Shown one piece after another: positions 59,951 through 64,000 of a stretch of DNA of 64,000 bases. The position numbers and the translations under genes were made by a program. Every line of letters begins with the position of its first letter. Position 1 is the first letter of the stretch. Source of the DNA: an uncultured Nitrososphaerota archaeon (GTDB lineage: Archaea > Thermoproteota > Nitrososphaeria > Nitrososphaerales > CADDZS01); the NCBI GenBank assembly GCA_963799845.1, contig CAWCYI010000006.1, forward strand, positions 1,184,001-1,248,000, written 5' to 3'. Under the pieces are notes generated by a model. The model made no database searches and was not told the DNA's origin. It saw only the letters and a list, made by a program, of their open reading frames with translations.

Positions 59951-60942
59951 TTAGATTCTCAAGAACAATCCTCTTCGTGGGAATTATTTTCTACGTGGCA
60001 TTAGGCGTGGTCCCTCTAATTACAAGAAATCAATTCTTTCTATCGTCGATGATCTTCGTCTTTGTATTCGCATTGTTTGCCGCAGCTTGGGATCTTAGCT
60101 ATGGAGTTGCTGGAATCATAAACTTGGGGCCCGGCGCGGCATACGGGATAGGATCTTACCTTTTTGTATATTTTGCTCTGGCGCACTACCCTCCATTGTT
60201 AGCCTTCATTGCGGCAGCGGCGATTTCGTCACTCGTCGGATTTGTTTACTGGATACCAAGTATCCGGACGTCAGGCTCCTATCTTGCTATCGTCACGTTG
60301 ATCTTGCTCCTTCTCGCCGGAGAAATAGCTCTGGGTTATACGGGTGAAGAAGGAATCTCTGCGCAAATTAATTATTACGCTCCTACGCTGATCCAATCGT
60401 ACTACATTACCCTAGCGATTGCTTTTGTTGGAAGCCTTGCACTCTTCCTTCTATCATTTTCAAAGTTTGGTTTAAGGCTAAAAGCGATGAGAGACGATGA
60501 GATCGCTGCGAAAGCTGTTGGGATAAATGTCTACTTCTACAAGTTAGTTACTTTGGTAGTCAGTTCTTTTCTCTTGGGCGTTTCAGGAGCTTCCACAGCA
60601 TTCTTGATCAATCATTCGCACTTCGACTACACAATTTTCGCGATTACTCCAAATTTTCTTGGAGTTGTGATTAGCGTCATCGGCGGGCCAGCTACAATTT
60701 TTGGCTCAATCATAGGATCGTTGATAGTAGAGCTACCTGCAAACTATCTGACATCGTACAGTACATATGCAGTAATAACATATGGTGCAACCCTAGTTTT
60801 AGTTGTCTTGTTCCTGAGAAGTGGAATACTCAATGCTATTGTCACACTCACAAGGCGCCTCGCCAAGATAAATGCAAAGGAGTTTGATTCAAATGGTACT
60901 GCTTTGGAAGAAAAGAGATTGGAAACTACACCTGCCAAATAG
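59947..60942 (+). CDS. livM: branched-chain ABC permease (LivM-like)
   Basis: WDLSYGVAG, GSYLAIVTL, FGLRLKAMRDDEIAA..VGIN; start placed at the TTG overlapping the livH stop. Confidence 0.9.
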   Translation: MIRFSRTILFVGIIFYVALGVVPLITRNQFFLSSMIFVFVFALFAAAWDLSYGVAGIINLGPGAAYGIGSYLFVYFALAHYPPLLAFIAAAAISSLVGFVYWIPSIRTSGSYLAIVTLILLLLAGEIALGYTGEEGISAQINYYAPTLIQSYYITLAIAFVGSLALFLLSFSKFGLRLKAMRDDEIAAKAVGINVYFYKLVTLVVSSFLLGVSGASTAFLINHSHFDYTIFAITPNFLGVVISVIGGPATIFGSIIGSLIVELPANYLTSYSTYAVITYGATLVLVVLFLRSGILNAIVTLTRRLAKINAKEFDSNGTALEEKRLETTPAK

Positions 60943-60959
60943 ATCAAGTCAAGCAAGAT

Positions 60960-61709
60960 TTGTATAAGAAAAAAGGAGTCTTAAGAGAAAAGATGAGACT
61001 TGCAATTAACAACGTCGTAAAAAAATTTGGAAACCTCGCCGCGGTGAACGACTGCAGTATAGAGCTCGACAAAGATGGAATCTATGGGCTCGTGGGCCCT
61101 AATGGCTCTGGGAAGACTACTCTATTCAACTTGATATCTGGTTTCCTCAGACCTGATGAGGGGGGGATATTTTTTGAAGAAAAGAGGATCGGTGGAAAGA
61201 ATCCCATAAGTATAGTGAGGCTTGGGATCGCGAGAACTTTTCAGTTGCCCAGAGTATTTTCTAATCTTACTGTTCAGGAGAACCTCGAAGCGTCTATGTT
61301 TGGTCAGGGGAATAAAATACAAGAATTGATAGATGTCTTCAATTTGAAAGATGTAAGAAACTCTATGGCCTCCACAATTTCTTTCGGGCAAAAGAAGCAA
61401 CTTGAGCTCGCTAGGGTTCTATCAATGAATCCCACCCTACTACTTCTTGACGAGCCAACTTCCGGGCTCGAGCCATCTTTGATTAGAATCACAGTGGATC
61501 AAATAAAGTACGTTAGGGAGCTCGGAAAATCGATATTCATAATCGAACACAACATGAATGTGATAATGAATCTAGCGGAGAAGATATTTGTGCTTCACAA
61601 TGGCAGGAAAATTGCTGAGGGGATGCCAAGCGAACTCAAAGCAAATACTCTCGTAATTGATGCCTACCTCGGGGAATCAGCGAAAGAGGAAGAGCAAACT
61701 CAGCAGTAA
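60960..61709 (+). CDS. livG: branched-chain ABC ATPase (LivG-like); likely start ATG 60993
   Basis: GPNGSGKTT, GIARTFQ, LLLDEP, IEHNM, AYLG. Confidence 0.92.
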   Translation: MYKKKGVLREKMRLAINNVVKKFGNLAAVNDCSIELDKDGIYGLVGPNGSGKTTLFNLISGFLRPDEGGIFFEEKRIGGKNPISIVRLGIARTFQLPRVFSNLTVQENLEASMFGQGNKIQELIDVFNLKDVRNSMASTISFGQKKQLELARVLSMNPTLLLLDEPTSGLEPSLIRITVDQIKYVRELGKSIFIIEHNMNVIMNLAEKIFVLHNGRKIAEGMPSELKANTLVIDAYLGESAKEEEQTQQ

Positions 61710-61734
61710 AAAATGATCGAGAGAGAGTCAATGA

Positions 61735-62523
61735 TTGATAAAACAGGAAAATTCTGCTTCCATTACACTGAGCCAATCTGGTCCGCCTGCGGAGCTGCAG
61801 ATCAACAATGTGGATGCCGGTTATGGTGAATTCATAGCGATTAGAAATGTATCGATCTCAATAAACAAAGCCGAGATTGTCTCGGTTATCGGCCCGAATG
61901 GTGCAGGTAAAACCACATTACTTAAGACGATAATCGGTTTGCTGAAGCCAAAGAAAGGAGACATCTATTTCGAAGGAAAGAAAATCTCCGGCGCTAGTCC
62001 TCGCCAAATAGCTAAATCTGGAATAGGATACGTTCCTCAGGGCCCAACGATCTTTCCACAGATGACTGTTAAGGAGAACATCCGCGCTGGAGCGTACGTG
62101 CTAAAAAATTCGAGTGTAGTTTCCGAACGGTTGGAGAAGGTCTTGAACCTCTTCCCGAGACTCAGGGAAAGAATTGATTACAAAGCGTTCTCGCTCAGCG
62201 GAGGAGAACGTCAAATGCTCCTTCTGGGGAGAGCGCTTATGCTCGACCCAAAACTCATTCTCTTGGACGAACCCTCAACGGGACTCGAACCTAAGTTACA
62301 AGTTGTACTTTATAATACAATTAAGGAACTGAATTCTGCAGGAAAAGCAATTTTTCTTGTGGAGCAGAACGTTCACAAAGCCCTCGATCTGTCAAATCGA
62401 TGCTATGTTCTCGAAGCGGGGAGAGTAGTTGAAACAGGTCTTTCAAAGGAGCTCAAGAGATCTGGCCGCGTTAGAGAGGCCTATTTAGGGCTTCCAGCGG
62501 AAGTAGGAACAGACTCAGTTTGA
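61735..62523 (+). CDS. livF: branched-chain ABC ATPase (LivF-like)
   Basis: GPNGAGKTT, LFPRLRER, LSGGERQM, LVEQN. Confidence 0.93.
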   Translation: MIKQENSASITLSQSGPPAELQINNVDAGYGEFIAIRNVSISINKAEIVSVIGPNGAGKTTLLKTIIGLLKPKKGDIYFEGKKISGASPRQIAKSGIGYVPQGPTIFPQMTVKENIRAGAYVLKNSSVVSERLEKVLNLFPRLRERIDYKAFSLSGGERQMLLLGRALMLDPKLILLDEPSTGLEPKLQVVLYNTIKELNSAGKAIFLVEQNVHKALDLSNRCYVLEAGRVVETGLSKELKRSGRVREAYLGLPAEVGTDSV

Positions 62524-63905
62524 TTTCGTCTCTCTTTTTTATCTCCACTAGACTCGCACCTCACGGGTTTGCCTCTGCCAGCTCTTGCATTCACTTCTCC
62601 ATTCACCATTGTCAACTCTCCAGATGAAATTGTCATAACAGGCCATCCTTTGAATGTCCTCCCTTCGAAGAGTGAGTAGTCCGACCCATCGTGCATCATT
62701 GATTGAGTGACTCTCACTTCTTTTGAAGGATCAAAGAGACAAAAATCAGCATCCATTCCAATCTCGATTCGGCCCTTCCTCTCTAGCCCGTGGATTGCGG
62801 CGGTATTCGAAGAGGTTACCTCTGCTATCGTCTCGAGGGGTATTCCTCTTCGATGAAAGCCTTCGTTCAACATCACTGGAAGCATCATTTCTAATCCATG
62901 CAATCCCGGAATTGCAGTCCAGATGTCTCCTCCGCCAAGCCTAGTTTTCTTGTCGCAAGCGATATGATCTGAACCGACGCAGACGATTTGACCGTTTCTA
63001 ATTCCTTCCCAGAGGGCCTCTCTATGTTCCTTTCCCCTAATTGGCGGATTGACCTTGCCAAGGACTCCAAGTTCGTCATCATCCTTTGTGAAATACAAAT
63101 ACGCCGGGTTTGTTTCAAGACGTAGCGAAACTCCTTTGCTCCTTGCGAATTTCATCACCTCTGGGAATGAACTAATGCTGACATGCACCAAGTAGAGAGG
63201 AACTTTTGCAATAGAAGCAAGCAAGACGGCCGTAATCATATGGTCATATTCGCAGTACCACGGTCTGGCCTCTTCCCAAGCACTCAGATCATTCTTTCCC
63301 GAGGATTTCACCTCCTCAATTTTTCTTGCGATAATCTCATAGTTTTCTGCATGGATCATTGCTTGACCACCTAGCTTTGCGATCTTCCTGAAGGACTCAA
63401 GGATTTGTCCCTCATCAGGATAATTCCAACCAAGAAATTTCTCAAATTCAGGCTTACTCATGTAGTGCTTGAAAGAGACGACCCCTAGTCTGTAGCAGGT
63501 TTCAAGCTCGTCGATATGCCGTTGATTCATCACAACACCGATCAAACCGACATCTGTGAACGATCTCTCGGAGACGACTTTTTGCTGTCTTTCAATCTCC
63601 TTAGACAAGCTTTCTTTGATTGTGACGAAGTTCATTATCGTCGTTATTCCCCCTCCTAAGGCACTCCTCGTTTCTGTTTCCATATCAGCTTCTAGACCGT
63701 TGAAAGGACCAAGATGGACATGCGGTTCGATTAGTCCGGACATGAGGTAAAGGCCTTCTCCTTCAACCGTCTTTTCCGCAGAGAATTTGTTTGAAACAGA
63801 GCTGAATGCAGCTATCTTTCCATTCGAGCAATAGACGTTTGTGGGAGGAAGGATTCCTTCGGGCTTGACTATTCGGGCATTGTTTATCGCAATGTCGTAG
63901 TTCAA
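62481..63905 (-). CDS. cyclic amidohydrolase (dihydropyrimidinase/allantoinase/dihydroorotase family)
   Basis: PHVH, GGITT, SFK, IHAE, VHVS, KVNPPIR, GSDH, KGRIEIGMDAD. Confidence 0.93.
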   Translation of the reverse strand: MNYDIAINNARIVKPEGILPPTNVYCSNGKIAAFSSVSNKFSAEKTVEGEGLYLMSGLIEPHVHLGPFNGLEADMETETRSALGGGITTIMNFVTIKESLSKEIERQQKVVSERSFTDVGLIGVVMNQRHIDELETCYRLGVVSFKHYMSKPEFEKFLGWNYPDEGQILESFRKIAKLGGQAMIHAENYEIIARKIEEVKSSGKNDLSAWEEARPWYCEYDHMITAVLLASIAKVPLYLVHVSISSFPEVMKFARSKGVSLRLETNPAYLYFTKDDDELGVLGKVNPPIRGKEHREALWEGIRNGQIVCVGSDHIACDKKTRLGGGDIWTAIPGLHGLEMMLPVMLNEGFHRRGIPLETIAEVTSSNTAAIHGLERKGRIEIGMDADFCLFDPSKEVRVTQSMMHDGSDYSLFEGRTFKGWPVMTISSGELTMVNGEVNARAGRGKPVRCESSGDKKERRNQTESVPTSAGSPK

Positions 63906-64000
63906 ATTGAAAAAGGCACGTTAGGTAATGTATTTACATTTCACTCTTTTCAAATAAAGTTGTAAAGAATTGGACTACAGCACTGTCATCCCTGAAAGTG

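Overview
Archaeal genomic DNA. The CDC48, thermosome, TBP and Gly-rich TRAM proteins look most like Nitrososphaerota/Thaumarchaeota, and the gene content suggests a heterotrophic lineage (inference). Bases 1-8.4 kb are a housekeeping and stress block: cdc48, thermosome, an ACT-domain protein, YkgJ, TRAM and TBP. It is interspersed with several small unknown ORFs, two of which are paralogues. From about 9 kb to the end is a dense catabolic region. It holds three ABC importers, two LLM and two split-barrel flavin/F420 proteins, two ThDP enzymes, hydantoinase/oxoprolinase A/B, UbiD, ALDH, an orphan Mo-hydroxylase large subunit, CoA ligases, a thiolase-like/DUF35 pair, ACAD/ECH, a NicX-like putative dioxygenase, a ferritin-like diiron protein, a KNTase-like protein and an orphan ParB. 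Six genes carry single-base frameshifts (probably sequencing errors), and three fragments are genuine pseudogenes. The most striking unannotated element is a 46-aa hydrophobic peptide gene ending HPLLDVIGGGGSG (9015-9155, minus strand). It has its own terminator and lies divergent from a tandem Lrp/AsnC-type regulator, making it a candidate archaeal peptide-signalling module. No rRNA, intact tRNA, CRISPR array or transposase was recognised. All assignments are by-eye motif recognition; no database searches were run.
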